Positions 47,912 to 58,566 of a DNA stretch of 64,000 nucleotides are shown piece after piece. Both the position numbers and the translations under genes were made by a program. The notes beneath the pieces were generated by a model that was not told where the DNA came from, did not search any database, and was given only the letters and a program-made list of their open reading frames with translations. The DNA is from Nitrosopumilus sp. (GTDB taxonomy: Archaea; Thermoproteota; Nitrososphaeria; Nitrososphaerales; Nitrosopumilaceae), in the NCBI GenBank assembly GCA_965205215.1, contig OZ242041.1:1952001-2016000 (forward strand), written 5' to 3'. The first letter of the stretch is position 1; each line of letters opens with the position of its first letter.

Positions 47912-48256
47912 TCTCGTCTTTTCTAGGTCGTTTTTAGTTCGAATTTCGACGTCCGGATTCATACCTGCCAACGTACAGATTCAACTGGAGTGGATTTAAC
48001 ATGATGTTGATGCCTGCAGGCCCAAACGTCCCGTATGCCGCATTCCACATGTTGGCAATGCCCGCACGCTACACGTCACAATGAATTTTTTGGAGTATCT
48101 GCCTGTCACCCCTGCGGGTCAGAAGCTTGAGGTGTGGCAGTTTGGATCACCCACTCAGACACTACGGCGCGAAGCCCACGCGTTATCAGAAGTCACTCCA
48201 TCGCCGCAACGCGACAAGAAGATACACGTGTTCAGACCATGATGCACGCCTGTAAA

Positions 48257-49186
48257 CTATGGTATGGATGCTCGGAATACTTCAATGACGGGATCGGGGC
48301 GTGTAAAATTGAATTGTAGCAGATAGTTGTTCTCGTCTTGCAGGCTCGTAAAGGCCACCTCATCGTCATTCTCCAGGACCATGAAAAAATCCCCCTCCCA
48401 CTCAAAGAATTGCTTTGGTACTGACAGTTCCACCCCGCCGCTCCCTTGGGAGTGAATCTCGAGCCGCAGGGTGTTCCAGTCAGGGTGGTACCGCATGTCA
48501 CTCAGGAGGCCTTTAATCACCGTATAGGAGATGCGGTGATCCTTTTCGCGCGTCCTGACGTTGACCGAATCGCTTACTGTCGCGTTGCCGTTGTCGTCAA
48601 ACACCACCGGATACCACGACTTTTTGACGGCGGTCTCCGGATACACGCAGGCAAATTTCAGACCGGGTCGCAGAACCAGCAGGTGGTCAGGGTTGTTGCA
48701 GTAGAGTATCTGGCCTGCGGTTCGGTCCTGGATCTGCTTGTAAAGCGACTTTTCTAGGCAGCTGCTGTCGACTGATCTACTTACAATGTGAGGCTCACCC
48801 GTGGGCGGATACGTGTAAAGCAGATCAACAGAAGTAGAACCTTGCACGGAGATCACATAATTGAAGAAACAGTCATCCTCCACCAGCTCACTTTGCAACT
48901 CTAAACCTTCTCCCACCGCCACCATCGGGTCATAAACCGCCGCATCGTCATGCGTTGTAAATATTGGGAAATTCTTTGGAATTTTTATCAAGAGTGGTTC
49001 TTCCCCAGTGTTCGGAATTAACGTAAAGAACAACCCTTCGTCGGGCACAAAGTCAACATTTTCCACAACGTTTGGTTCTATCAAAATCCGGAATGTCTCA
49101 TCTTCCGTGCTCGGAATGGATTCTTCGATACCTGCAACCAAGATGATCGCATAAAAAAGAAAGTTCAACGTAAATCCAATTCCCAA
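48257..49186 (-). CDS. Secreted protein with a CNNPDHLLVLRP...ACVYPET motif
   Basis: Signal-like N-terminus; Cys-pair motif of a type seen in thaumarchaeal exported proteins; AT-rich. Confidence 0.7.
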   Translation of the reverse strand: MGIGFTLNFLFYAIILVAGIEESIPSTEDETFRILIEPNVVENVDFVPDEGLFFTLIPNTGEEPLLIKIPKNFPIFTTHDDAAVYDPMVAVGEGLELQSELVEDDCFFNYVISVQGSTSVDLLYTYPPTGEPHIVSRSVDSSCLEKSLYKQIQDRTAGQILYCNNPDHLLVLRPGLKFACVYPETAVKKSWYPVVFDDNGNATVSDSVNVRTREKDHRISYTVIKGLLSDMRYHPDWNTLRLEIHSQGSGGVELSVPKQFFEWEGDFFMVLENDDEVAFTSLQDENNYLLQFNFTRPDPVIEVFRASIP

Positions 49187-49485
49187 ACGGGCAGTAGTCG
49201 TATATATCGTGATCGATTAATTTGTTCTTGAGAACCGAGTTGAACTGTAGTTCTGGCAATACTGCAGCCGGTGTACCGAACCGTTGTCCACTCGCAGCGT
49301 CATGCCACCAACAAAAGACCGTTGCATGCAACTGCCTTCCCCCCCCCCCTCCCTCTTCCCCCCAACCGCACTTGCGCCCAAAACGCGGACGGAAAAGGCA
49401 GACACAATCACACAATGTGCGGGCATCCGATAACGCACGGCAATCAGCTGTCGAAGTTTTAATACATCATACGCCCCAGAGGGGC

Positions 49486-50157
49486 ATGCGCACGGTTACA
49501 ATCGAAGACTTGGTCGGGAGGCCGCTCAGCGGTATAGAAGAGAAGAACTCCCCCGGCACGGTCTACGTGCAGGGGCCCATGGACATCCCGATCCCGCCGC
49601 CGAGGATCTCCGTGGTGGGTACAAGGCGCCCCACCACCGAGGGCGTCAGAGAGGCCCAAGCCCTGGCCGGGATGCTCGCGGACAACGACGCCACTGTGGT
49701 AAGCGGCCTTGCCTCCGGAATAGACACCGTATCGCACAAGAGCGCCATCGAGCAGGGGGGCCGGACCGTGGCAGTACTTGGTACCCCGCTGAACGTCGCA
49801 TACCCGGCGTCAAACCGTGATCTACAGAAGCTCATTGCAGACTGCCACCTGGTCGTATCCCAGTTTCCTGCCGGGCGCCCCGTCACCAGGAAAAACTTTG
49901 TCATGAGGAACCGCACCGTGGCGCTGATATCGGACGCCAGCGTGATAGTCGAGGCGGGAGAGGGCAGCGGCACCAGGCACCTGGGATGGGAGGCCATCAG
50001 GATTAAGAGGCCCCTGTTTGTGTGCGGGCCCGCAGCAAGGCGGCGGCCGAGATGGCTGGAGGAGATGGAGGGTTACGGCGCGATCACACTTGAGAATTAC
50101 GAGGAGATACTAGACGCGGTGTCACGTAACACCAAGTCAATAGACGTGTTTGAATGA
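49486..50157 (+). CDS. dprA: DprA/SMF-family protein (Rossmann core only), 223 aa
   Basis: VVGTR, VVSGLASGIDT, AVLGTPL, FVMRNR and VEAGEGSGT motifs. TTTTAATA box at about 49457 supports ATG 49486. Confidence 0.9.
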   Translation: MRTVTIEDLVGRPLSGIEEKNSPGTVYVQGPMDIPIPPPRISVVGTRRPTTEGVREAQALAGMLADNDATVVSGLASGIDTVSHKSAIEQGGRTVAVLGTPLNVAYPASNRDLQKLIADCHLVVSQFPAGRPVTRKNFVMRNRTVALISDASVIVEAGEGSGTRHLGWEAIRIKRPLFVCGPAARRRPRWLEEMEGYGAITLENYEEILDAVSRNTKSIDVFE

Positions 50158-50279
50158 TCCCCCCCATTCCGTATGCCGGCAGGCGCGCCAGACAACTCCC
50201 ATGCATACCGAGCAGGCAAAAGAAGACGTCGTGACTTTCCGTGGATTCGACTACGGCCCGCCAGCTTTTCGACGCACAG

Positions 50280-51194
50280 TCACCTTGCCGATACGGTGTC
50301 AGATACCTGGATCACCTTGGACACGTCACCGTCTATGTAATAGTCGCACGACTTCATGCCGGGCACGGGCTCGGCCAACCCGCGGCCGCACAGCAGCAGG
50401 TGCATGCGCTTTAATCGTCTGGACACCGGGTATATGCTGTCTGCAAAAAAGTTCAGCCCCTCTGCAGTGCTGGAGAACACGACCGTTATGAGCGGCCCGT
50501 CCTTGGGGCTCCACACCTTGTCTGCCAGCCTCTCAAAGTCAAGGTCAAACAGCACGCCGGCGGCCTCTGACATGTCCCCGAGCTCAAAGACGGCCCACCC
50601 GCCTGAGCGGTATATCGAGCAAGCCGCGCGCGACACGGGCTCGCTGCGAGAGTCGGCCGCGATCACAAGCGCGCTCCTTCCCTTCCCCTGGCCTGCGCGC
50701 ACGCCCGTATCGCGGCCCTCTATCTCATGCAGGGAGCGCGAGATTACCCCTCCCAAGTAGTTCTGCTCGGCCGCCCCGATCTTGCCTGTCTCGTACATGT
50801 CTAGTATGGCGTCTGACGCGGGCAACACCACGTCCAGCACCAAGCTGGCAGGGGCGGCCCCTGATCTGACGCAGTTGCGGACCAGCTGCACGGCTCTCGA
50901 CTCTGACGCGTCCCTGACGCACTCCATGTATGCGGACGCGGCCCTAAAGTAGTCGTCCGGAAACGCAAAGGACTCCTGCCCGGGGCGTAGCGACCACAGC
51001 GTGACGTTGCCCATCTCCCTCCGATCCAAGGTGCCGTCTGCTGCAAGCATCCTGAGGTACTTGGATACGGTGGTGCGGCTCATCCCGAGCGCCCGGGCCA
51101 GATCCACGCCGGACATGCCCCCCCTGGCGTCCGCATCCCCCAGCGCCTTTATGAGCCGCCTCCGCACGTCGTGTAGGGGGTAGCCGCGCGCCAT
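50280..51194 (-). CDS. HTH transcriptional regulator with a B12-binding-like domain
   Basis: SGVDLARALGMSRTTVSKYL HTH, followed by a cap-domain motif LDMYETGKIGAAEQ. Confidence 0.8.
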   Translation of the reverse strand: MARGYPLHDVRRRLIKALGDADARGGMSGVDLARALGMSRTTVSKYLRMLAADGTLDRREMGNVTLWSLRPGQESFAFPDDYFRAASAYMECVRDASESRAVQLVRNCVRSGAAPASLVLDVVLPASDAILDMYETGKIGAAEQNYLGGVISRSLHEIEGRDTGVRAGQGKGRSALVIAADSRSEPVSRAACSIYRSGGWAVFELGDMSEAAGVLFDLDFERLADKVWSPKDGPLITVVFSSTAEGLNFFADSIYPVSRRLKRMHLLLCGRGLAEPVPGMKSCDYYIDGDVSKVIQVSDTVSAR

Positions 51195-51290
51195 ATACGG
51201 TGTTGCGCATACATCGTATAAAGTGGTACCATGCTACGCTGCCCGCGCATATAACAAAAGTAATATTCGCACCAATAAGCGTGTCAGTCG

Positions 51291-53762
51291 TTGAGCGGCA
51301 ACACAGTACTGGCATCCGTGGGAGGCCACACGTTCCGATACAGGCACCTGATGGTCATAGCCATACTTGCCGCGGCAGTCGCCGTCGCGTTCCTGATAAG
51401 GGCCCAGCCGGCCCAGTACGGGTTCGAGCTCAACGAGTTCGACCCGTTCTTCAACTACAGGGCCACGCTCTACATGGTGGAGAACGGCATACCCGCCTAC
51501 TACGAGTGGCACGACACCATGGGCTGGTACCCGGAGGGCAGGGACGTGTCGGCCACGTCGCAGGTGGCCCTGCACATGGCGGCCGCGGTCACGTACCAGG
51601 TGTTCGGCGGCGGCATGTCCGTATACGACTACACCATACTGTTCCCGGCCGTATTCGGGGCGCTGACCGCGGTGTCCATATTTGCGCTGGTGCGCGTCAT
51701 GGGCGGCACCTCGGCGGGACTGCTCGCCGCCATGCTGTATTCCGTGTCGCTGCCCATACTGGTGAGGTCCCCGATCGGGTGGTTCAAGTCCGAGCCGTTC
51801 GGGCTGTTTTTGAGCATAACGGCCGCGTACCTGCTCGTAAGCGGGCTTTACTCTTCTGCAAACAATAGGTGGGAGGCGGCCACGAGGCTGGCGGCGGCGG
51901 GCCTGTTCATGTCGGCATCGGTGTCGGCATGGGGCGGAAACCAGTTCTTTGTCATACCAATCGGCATACTGTTCCTGGCGCTGCCGTTTCTGCGAAAGGA
52001 CCACAGCTTTCTGGTGTGGGCGGCCCCGCTGTTTGCAGTGTCGACGCTGGCGACGTCGTACCTGTTTGAGAGGGGGATTGCGTCCACCCCCGTGGCCGGG
52101 CTGGCGCTCATCGCCGCGGCGGGATTCCTGGTCGCGTGCATATTCATACAGAAAAAGAGCGCGCGCCACAAGACAAGAAACGGGCTGGCGTTCCTGGCAG
52201 CGGTGCTAATCATACTGCCGGCGGGCGCGGTCGCGGGGATAGAGGGCGGCGTCGTGCCGAACCCAGAGTACAGGTACCTCAACGCGCTCAACCCGTTCCT
52301 GACCACCGAGATACCGCTCGTGGAGTCGGTGGCAGAGCACGCCACCACCACGCTCCAGCAGTCGTTCCTGTTCCATACCGTACTCATGATATTTGCGGGG
52401 TTCGGCGCATGGCTCATCATAAGGGCGCTTGCACGATACAGGGAGGACAGGGTCTACGTCAGGCCCGACATGCTCGCGTTTGCCCTGATGATCGGCATGA
52501 CGGGCGTGTACATCAGCTCGTCGTACGTCCGGCTCGAGGTGTTTGCCGCCGTATCCGTCATTGTCATGGCGTCGCTCGGGCTCGGCATGCTCTCAAGGGA
52601 GTTCCTTGGAAGGGGCGGCACCGGGATGCACGGCGACGACTATGACGCGGCGGAATCGCATGCGGCCCGGAATGACGGCGTGCGGGCAGACGACGACCCC
52701 GGGCCGCCCGACGGCGCGCCGGATCCGCAGGACGATGCCGCGGCCCAGACCAGGACCTCGGGCCCGAGGCATCTGTCTGCGCGCGCGCAGCGGCGCGCCG
52801 CGCGCATACCTGCGCCGCCGAGGCGCGGCGGCAACAGCGGCCGCCATACCGGCAGGCGGCGCGTCCCCGGCATACTGGGCGCGCCGTACGTGGCGGGGAT
52901 AACCGCGCTGCTGCTCCTGCCTTTGGTGTTCCCTGGAAGCGGCGCGTCAGACGTCTTTACAATCACAGACACGCCGCCGACCATACTGACGGGCGGAGCG
53001 TCGTTCGGGACGCCCTCCGGCGACTGGCCCGACGCGCTGTCGTGGATAAGGAACAGCACGCCCCCAGACGCGATAGTGGCAGCCTGGTGGGACTACGGAT
53101 ACTGGATAAGCACGGTCGGCGAGAGGGCGTCGCTTGCTGACAACGCGACCCTGGACAGCGATCGTATAGAGAGGCTGGCCGACATGTTCATGAGCTCCCC
53201 CGACGACGCGTGGCGCGAACTGCGCGACCTGGACGCCGACTACGTGCTGGTCTTCGTGGCGGGCCAGCTGCTGGAGAGCGAGTCCCCCGTGCCGCTGTAC
53301 TCGCTGCAGCACGGGGGCGACGAGTCCAAAAAGCAGTGGTTCATGAGGATAGGCGGCCACGACCCCAACCTGTACCTGCACATGGACGGGATGAGCGGCA
53401 CCGAATACTTTTGGGAGAATGCCGCGGTTGCGCACTTCTTCCCGTTCAGCCTGGCCACGTACGTGAACCCGAACAACCCCGCGCAGCAGTTCCCGACATA
53501 CGTGCCGGGGGCAGTGGCCATATACGCAAAGGATATCAAATACCCGGCAGACGGGGACGGGCCGTTCAGGCTCGCGTACTCGTCGCCGTCGTTCAACGCG
53601 GAATCGGTGGGCCCGATGATCGGGATATTCATATACGAGGTCAACGCCGACTACGATCCCGAGGTGGGGAGCGCGCCGGACGTCGCGCCGGACAGCACAA
53701 TACAGGTTCCAATGCCAGAGGCCGACGACGGCGACATGCGGCCCGAAAACGACACGTCATAG
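51291..53762 (+). CDS. aglB: Oligosaccharyltransferase AglB/STT3
   Basis: EFDPFF, SVAEH, WWDYG and DNAT motifs; multi-TM. Confidence 0.95.
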   Translation: MSGNTVLASVGGHTFRYRHLMVIAILAAAVAVAFLIRAQPAQYGFELNEFDPFFNYRATLYMVENGIPAYYEWHDTMGWYPEGRDVSATSQVALHMAAAVTYQVFGGGMSVYDYTILFPAVFGALTAVSIFALVRVMGGTSAGLLAAMLYSVSLPILVRSPIGWFKSEPFGLFLSITAAYLLVSGLYSSANNRWEAATRLAAAGLFMSASVSAWGGNQFFVIPIGILFLALPFLRKDHSFLVWAAPLFAVSTLATSYLFERGIASTPVAGLALIAAAGFLVACIFIQKKSARHKTRNGLAFLAAVLIILPAGAVAGIEGGVVPNPEYRYLNALNPFLTTEIPLVESVAEHATTTLQQSFLFHTVLMIFAGFGAWLIIRALARYREDRVYVRPDMLAFALMIGMTGVYISSSYVRLEVFAAVSVIVMASLGLGMLSREFLGRGGTGMHGDDYDAAESHAARNDGVRADDDPGPPDGAPDPQDDAAAQTRTSGPRHLSARAQRRAARIPAPPRRGGNSGRHTGRRRVPGILGAPYVAGITALLLLPLVFPGSGASDVFTITDTPPTILTGGASFGTPSGDWPDALSWIRNSTPPDAIVAAWWDYGYWISTVGERASLADNATLDSDRIERLADMFMSSPDDAWRELRDLDADYVLVFVAGQLLESESPVPLYSLQHGGDESKKQWFMRIGGHDPNLYLHMDGMSGTEYFWENAAVAHFFPFSLATYVNPNNPAQQFPTYVPGAVAIYAKDIKYPADGDGPFRLAYSSPSFNAESVGPMIGIFIYEVNADYDPEVGSAPDVAPDSTIQVPMPEADDGDMRPENDTS

Positions 53763-53946
53763 ACATGGCGCGCACGACAGGTTTGCCGTACGGCAGGCCG
53801 CCAAGTCCAGCAAAAAGAAGAGGCCGTGCGCGCATACATAATACGAGGCTCACAGGTTTGAGCGGGCAGACGGAGATTGCAGGCCCGCACGATCCGCGCG
53901 CGCCCAGCACGATCCGCGCAGGCAGATCACGCATTAGGGGTACGTT

Positions 53947-53982
53947 GCACAGGCAACCGCACAGGCAACCGCACAGGCAACC
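53947..53982. repeat. 3 x 12-bp tandem repeat GCACAGGCAACC
   Basis: Exact copies at 53947, 53959 and 53971, ending 21 bp before the epimerase ATG. Confidence 0.95.
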
Positions 53983-54003
53983 GGCGCGGGGGTGGTACCG
54001 CAC

Positions 54004-54927
54004 ATGAAATTCCTGGTGACCGGCGGCGCGGGCTTCATAGGCAGCCACGTAGCCGAGGCCCTGCTTGCGGGCGGGCACTCGGTGCGGATAATCGACAACC
54101 TGCACGCGGGATCCCTGGAGCGCATATCGCACATCATGGACCGCGTCGAGTTCGTCAAGTCCGACATAAGGGACAAGGAAGATCTACGCCAGGCCATGCG
54201 CGAATGCGACGGGGTGTTCCACCAGGCGGCTCTCGTCTCGGTGCAAGAGTCGTACGCCATGAAGCAAGAGTACCGCGACGTGAATGTGACGGGCACGAAG
54301 AACGTCCTAGAGCAGGCCGCGGAGCTCGGCATAAGGGCGGTCTACGCGAGCAGCTCCAGCGTGTACGGCAACCCCCGGTCCACGCCCATAAGGGAGGACG
54401 CCCCGCTCAGCCCCGAAAACCCGTACGGCACCACCAAGGCGGACGCGGAAGCCGTGGCCCAAGAGTACATCAGAAAAGGGGCCAGCGTCATAGGGCTGCG
54501 CTACTTTAACGTGTACGGGAACGGCCAGACCGGGACGTACGCGGGGGTGATAACGCAGTTCATGAGGAGGCTGGAAAAAGTCAAGCCCCCCGTCATCAAC
54601 GGGGACGGGGCCCAGTCGCGGGACTTTGTGTACGTAAGGGACGTGGCGGCCGCAAACGTGGCGGCCATGTCAGGCCGGACGGAAAGCGGCTTTTTCAACA
54701 TCGGGACGGGCAAAGAGACCACCATAAGCCAGCTGGCGCGCACCATGATACGGGCGTATTCCCTGGATGTGGAGCCCGAGTATGCAGACGCGCTGCCAGG
54801 CGACGTCATGGCAAGCAGGGCCGACACGTCGTTGGCGTCACGGGCCATACAGTGGACATACGAAACGGAGCTGGACGACGGACTGTCCGGTATGATTCGG
54901 AGATCGCCGCCGCCATCGCCGCCATGA
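54004..54927 (+). CDS. NAD-dependent sugar epimerase/dehydratase (GalE-like SDR)
   Basis: [27 protein letters not shown] and RDFVYV motifs. Confidence 0.95.
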   Translation: MKFLVTGGAGFIGSHVAEALLAGGHSVRIIDNLHAGSLERISHIMDRVEFVKSDIRDKEDLRQAMRECDGVFHQAALVSVQESYAMKQEYRDVNVTGTKNVLEQAAELGIRAVYASSSSVYGNPRSTPIREDAPLSPENPYGTTKADAEAVAQEYIRKGASVIGLRYFNVYGNGQTGTYAGVITQFMRRLEKVKPPVINGDGAQSRDFVYVRDVAAANVAAMSGRTESGFFNIGTGKETTISQLARTMIRAYSLDVEPEYADALPGDVMASRADTSLASRAIQWTYETELDDGLSGMIRRSPPPSPP

Positions 54928-55000
54928 ATTACGTGACGGCCGCGCACCCCAGACATTTCCAACCGCAGGGGTAATATTACGACGTGCGTCCGCAGCAGGC

Positions 55001-55792
55001 ATGGCAGGTCCAAGGTTTGGCAGGGACGTCACCGTAAGCGGCAATGCCGCCATAGGCGACAACGTCACCATAGGCGACAACGTCACCATAGGCGACAACG
55101 CCGTCCTAGAGGGCGACATTACCGTAGGCGACGGCACAAGAATAGACCGAGGAGCAGTCATACGCGGCAACGTCACCATGGGCAGAAACAACTGGATACA
55201 CACCTACAGCGTGATTGGAGCCGTGCCCCAGCATCTTGAGTATGCAGGAGTCGACGTGCAGGACTCGTCGGACAGGCTAGGCGGCATACGGATAGGCGAC
55301 GCCAACACCATACGCGAATTCGCCAGCGTGCACCTGTCCACCCACAAAAGCGGAACGGTCATAGGTTCGGGCTGCTACATAATGACATACACCCACATAG
55401 CGCACGACTGCCACCTACACGACCGAGTCACCATGACAAACAAGGCCACCCTGGGGGGACACGTCGAGATATTCGACGACACAACCCTAGGGTTTGGCAA
55501 CAACATACACCAGTTCTGCAAGATAGGCTCCCACGTAATGCTCGGCATGGGCAACAACATAACCAAGGACGTGCTCCCGTTCGCGCTCATCAACCGTAAC
55601 GCGTTCACGAGGATCAACCGGATCGGAATGGAGCGCTCTGGAATCAAGAAAGACGACATAGACTGCATAGAGTCGATGTATGCCACCGGGGCGTGGAAGG
55701 ACCTCCCGCCATCGTCTGCGAGCAGGTACGCCGAAGAGATAAGGGGGTTTGTAAAGGCGTCCGAACGCGGCCTGTACGAACCAGCATTCTAG
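55001..55792 (+). CDS. LpxA-like hexapeptide acyltransferase
   Basis: IGDNVT hexapeptide repeats; PQH, IREF, HIAHDC, LGGHV, HQF, KDV and INRIGMERSG motifs in LpxA order. Confidence 0.88.
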   Translation: MAGPRFGRDVTVSGNAAIGDNVTIGDNVTIGDNAVLEGDITVGDGTRIDRGAVIRGNVTMGRNNWIHTYSVIGAVPQHLEYAGVDVQDSSDRLGGIRIGDANTIREFASVHLSTHKSGTVIGSGCYIMTYTHIAHDCHLHDRVTMTNKATLGGHVEIFDDTTLGFGNNIHQFCKIGSHVMLGMGNNITKDVLPFALINRNAFTRINRIGMERSGIKKDDIDCIESMYATGAWKDLPPSSASRYAEEIRGFVKASERGLYEPAF

Positions 55793-56289
55793 CATTGCAA
55801 CGCGCGCCGGCGACATGCTGCGCAGGGAGCAGCAGGCAGAGCGAGCGGAATGTCCGTTCTGTACGGCTTTTGCGCACAGGAGCGTATCTTTTAGGCAATA
55901 TGCGGTAAGATTGATTTTCTCCTGCGGTGGCTCCGGTGGGCGCATACCTCATCTTTCTCGTATCTGTATTCGGCTCCACTGAAATTAGGCGCCATCTTTG
56001 CATCTTGGCCAAGTCATAAAGCATCGCCCCAAAACAAATGCCCGGCAGAGTCTCGGGCCAAACTCACGTCGGGATCATGCGGTTCGGCCTGCTTGCGCAC
56101 GTGACAGGCCACATGAGCGCACCGCCGCGTTGTCGCGGGTCAGATCCGCGTCACGGATGCATCCGGTGCAGTCCACCAGTGTCAGTCCGCAGGCGCGTCT
56201 GCAAGTGCCACACAGGCCGGATCTCCGCCCCTCCGCAATCTGCGCGCCCCGCAAGGATGGTTTTTTAACTCAGTCCCGAGATCAATCTC

Positions 56290-57267
56290 ATGCGCCTGCT
56301 CCTCATATCGTCCAGGTATGACGACGGCATAGGCGGACACGCGGCCATGCTGGCCGCCCAGCTTCAAAAGCGCGGCCACAGCGTCGACCTGCTGCGCGTC
56401 CCGCACGTGCCGATCAAGAACCTCAAAAACCCGAGCTTTGCGGTACTGGCGGCCCTCCGCACCCTCGCGACCAGGCGGCAGCGGTACGACATAGTCCATG
56501 CGTTCAACGTGCCGTCGGCGCTCCCTATGAGGTGCGTCAGGGCCACTAGGAGAGTACTCTCGGCGCACGGCGTTTATGGGGAGCAGGTCGGCATGATTCA
56601 CTCACGGGCCGCCGCGCGACTCGCCACCGTCGCCGAGTCCACGGCCTTTGGATGGTCAGACGCCCTGACCACAGACTCCAAGAAAACGGCGGCAGCATAC
56701 AGAGAGCTCGGGTACGACTTTGTATACCTGCCGTCTGCCATCGACCCGTCCATGTTCGAGGGGATCGCGCGCGCCGGGGAGCGGACAGGCAAGACGGTGG
56801 CGTACGTGGGGCGCGACAGCTACGAGAAGGGGATAGACATACTGCGCGGAATCGAGCCGGACATACGCGGCCCCGTGCGGTACTGCACCAGCATGAAGTG
56901 GCGCGACGCGATGTCCGTTCTGGCGGGGTCGTCCGTAATGGTGCTGCCCTCAAGAGCGGAGAGCCTCCCCACGGCCGTAAAGGAGGCGTTCTACCTGAGG
57001 GTCCCGGTAGTCGCCACGTCAGTCGGCGGCGTCCCGGAGCTCGTAGAGGACGGCAAGACGGGATTCCTGATAGAGCCGGGCGATGCTCGGCGCATGGCAG
57101 AGGTCGTAAACGGCATACTAGACGGCTCCATACCCACGCAGGAGGTGGTGGATGCCGCGCACAGCTACGTGATGCGGCACATGACGTGGGACGCGGTCAT
57201 GCCCCGGTACGAGGAGGTATACGAGGGGCTTCTCTCAGGGGAGGGCGGGGCCGGCCAGCACAGCTAG
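56290..57267 (+). CDS. GT4-family glycosyltransferase
   Basis: VGRDSYEKG, PSRAESLPTAVKEA and VGGVPELV motifs. Confidence 0.92.
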   Translation: MRLLLISSRYDDGIGGHAAMLAAQLQKRGHSVDLLRVPHVPIKNLKNPSFAVLAALRTLATRRQRYDIVHAFNVPSALPMRCVRATRRVLSAHGVYGEQVGMIHSRAAARLATVAESTAFGWSDALTTDSKKTAAAYRELGYDFVYLPSAIDPSMFEGIARAGERTGKTVAYVGRDSYEKGIDILRGIEPDIRGPVRYCTSMKWRDAMSVLAGSSVMVLPSRAESLPTAVKEAFYLRVPVVATSVGGVPELVEDGKTGFLIEPGDARRMAEVVNGILDGSIPTQEVVDAAHSYVMRHMTWDAVMPRYEEVYEGLLSGEGGAGQHS

Positions 57268-57381
57268 CCCGTCCCCGGCGCACCGGAGTGCGCGTACGGC
57301 GCAGGCATGACGGCTAGCGGGACGTCGGCTGATCGCAGCCGCGACGCTTGCAGCGGCGGGCGGCGCAGGACGGGCGGAGCC

Positions 57382-58479
57382 TCACGCGATCTTGGCCACG
57401 ATCTCGCTCATCCTCTTCAGGTGGCTTGGCCTCACGCCCGGATGGACGGGCAGCGACAGTACGCGTCCTGCAGCCCGCTCCGTGACCGGAAGCTTCCCAC
57501 GGCGGCCCTTCATGGCCGTCGCATAGAACGGTATTTGGTGCACAGGTATCGGATAGTACACGCTTGCCCCAAACCCCGCCGCGTTTAGCGCCTTTTTGAG
57601 CTCGCCCTGCGCCCCGGTCGATATGGTGTACAGGTACCAGTTGACCTCCTCGTGCGGCCGCTGCTCCGGAAGGGCGACGTCCGCGCCCTCAAGCAGCCTC
57701 GACAGCGCCCTTGCGTTTGCCCTCCTCTTTTCAAGAAACGACGGAAGCCTGCACATCTGCACCTTTGCTATCGCCGCGCTGATCTCCGGCATCCTCAGGT
57801 TCAGGCCGAAGGCCTCAGAGTCATATCCGCGCATCATGCCGTGGTTGCGCGCCATCCGCAGCGCGTCGTACAGCTCCTTGCTGTCAGTCACTACCAGTCC
57901 CCCCTCCCCCGCGGTAACCACCTTTGCCGGATACAGGCTAAAGCACCCCATGTCCCCGAACGTGCCCGACTGCCTCTTCCTGTACGTGGAGCCCATGGAC
58001 TGCGCCGCGTCCTCGACCACCCTCAGTCCGCGTTCGTCTGCGATCCTGCAGATCTCCTCCACCCTTGCCACGTTCCCGTAAAGGTGCACCGGAACCACCG
58101 CCTTTGAGCGCCGGCTTACCTTCCTCTCCAGATCCTCAGGATCCATGGTATAGTGCGTCTTGTCAATGTCAACAAACACGGGCTTTGCGCCCGCGGCCAC
58201 CACCGCGTTTGCGGTGGCCACAAACGTAAACGACGGGACCAGAACCTCGTCCCCCCTCCCTATGCCAAGCGCGTGCAGGGCGGCCTGGATGGCCGCCGTC
58301 CCGGAGTTTACCGCCACCGCGTAAGACGATCCCAGAAACCGCCTTGCGGCGTCCTCAAACTCGCGCACGTTGGGGCCGCCCTCCATGGAGGCGTCCGTCA
58401 GCGCCCCCCCTCTCAGTACCCGGCCCACCTCGCGCACCTCCTCCCTGCCCAGAACGGGCATGTTAATCGGGACGTTCAT
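57382..58479 (-). CDS. DegT/DnrJ/EryC1/StrS aminotransferase
   Basis: NSGTAA, FTFVATA, VHLYG, EDAAQ and SLYPAK..GEGG motifs. Confidence 0.95.
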   Translation of the reverse strand: MNVPINMPVLGREEVREVGRVLRGGALTDASMEGGPNVREFEDAARRFLGSSYAVAVNSGTAAIQAALHALGIGRGDEVLVPSFTFVATANAVVAAGAKPVFVDIDKTHYTMDPEDLERKVSRRSKAVVPVHLYGNVARVEEICRIADERGLRVVEDAAQSMGSTYRKRQSGTFGDMGCFSLYPAKVVTAGEGGLVVTDSKELYDALRMARNHGMMRGYDSEAFGLNLRMPEISAAIAKVQMCRLPSFLEKRRANARALSRLLEGADVALPEQRPHEEVNWYLYTISTGAQGELKKALNAAGFGASVYYPIPVHQIPFYATAMKGRRGKLPVTERAAGRVLSLPVHPGVRPSHLKRMSEIVAKIA

Positions 58480-58566
58480 GCCAGTTGCGGGGCACGCAGA
58501 TCTTAAAAGGCGAGCGGTCGGAGTGCGGCAGAAGCATCAGGCGAGGGGGCGGCGGGAGGACCCGGC

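Larger units (their letters stand above)
21490..50200. mobile_element. Mosaic integrative island (ICE-like module plus tandem integrase-headed cargo blocks); boundaries approximate
   Basis: Three tyrosine recombinases, VirB4/PrgI/pilins, ParB-like, TA- and defence-like cargo, and patchy GC, lying between the adhesin operon and core glycosylation genes. No att repeats identified by eye. Confidence 0.7.

Noticed and set aside
48781-48788. Extra TTACAATG half-site
   Set aside because: Single arm inside a CDS with no palindromic partner; expected by chance.
50238-50256. CCGTGG-ATTCGA-CTACGG hairpin as a tRNA T-arm or att site
   Set aside because: No other tRNA arms and no matching copy at the other island end.
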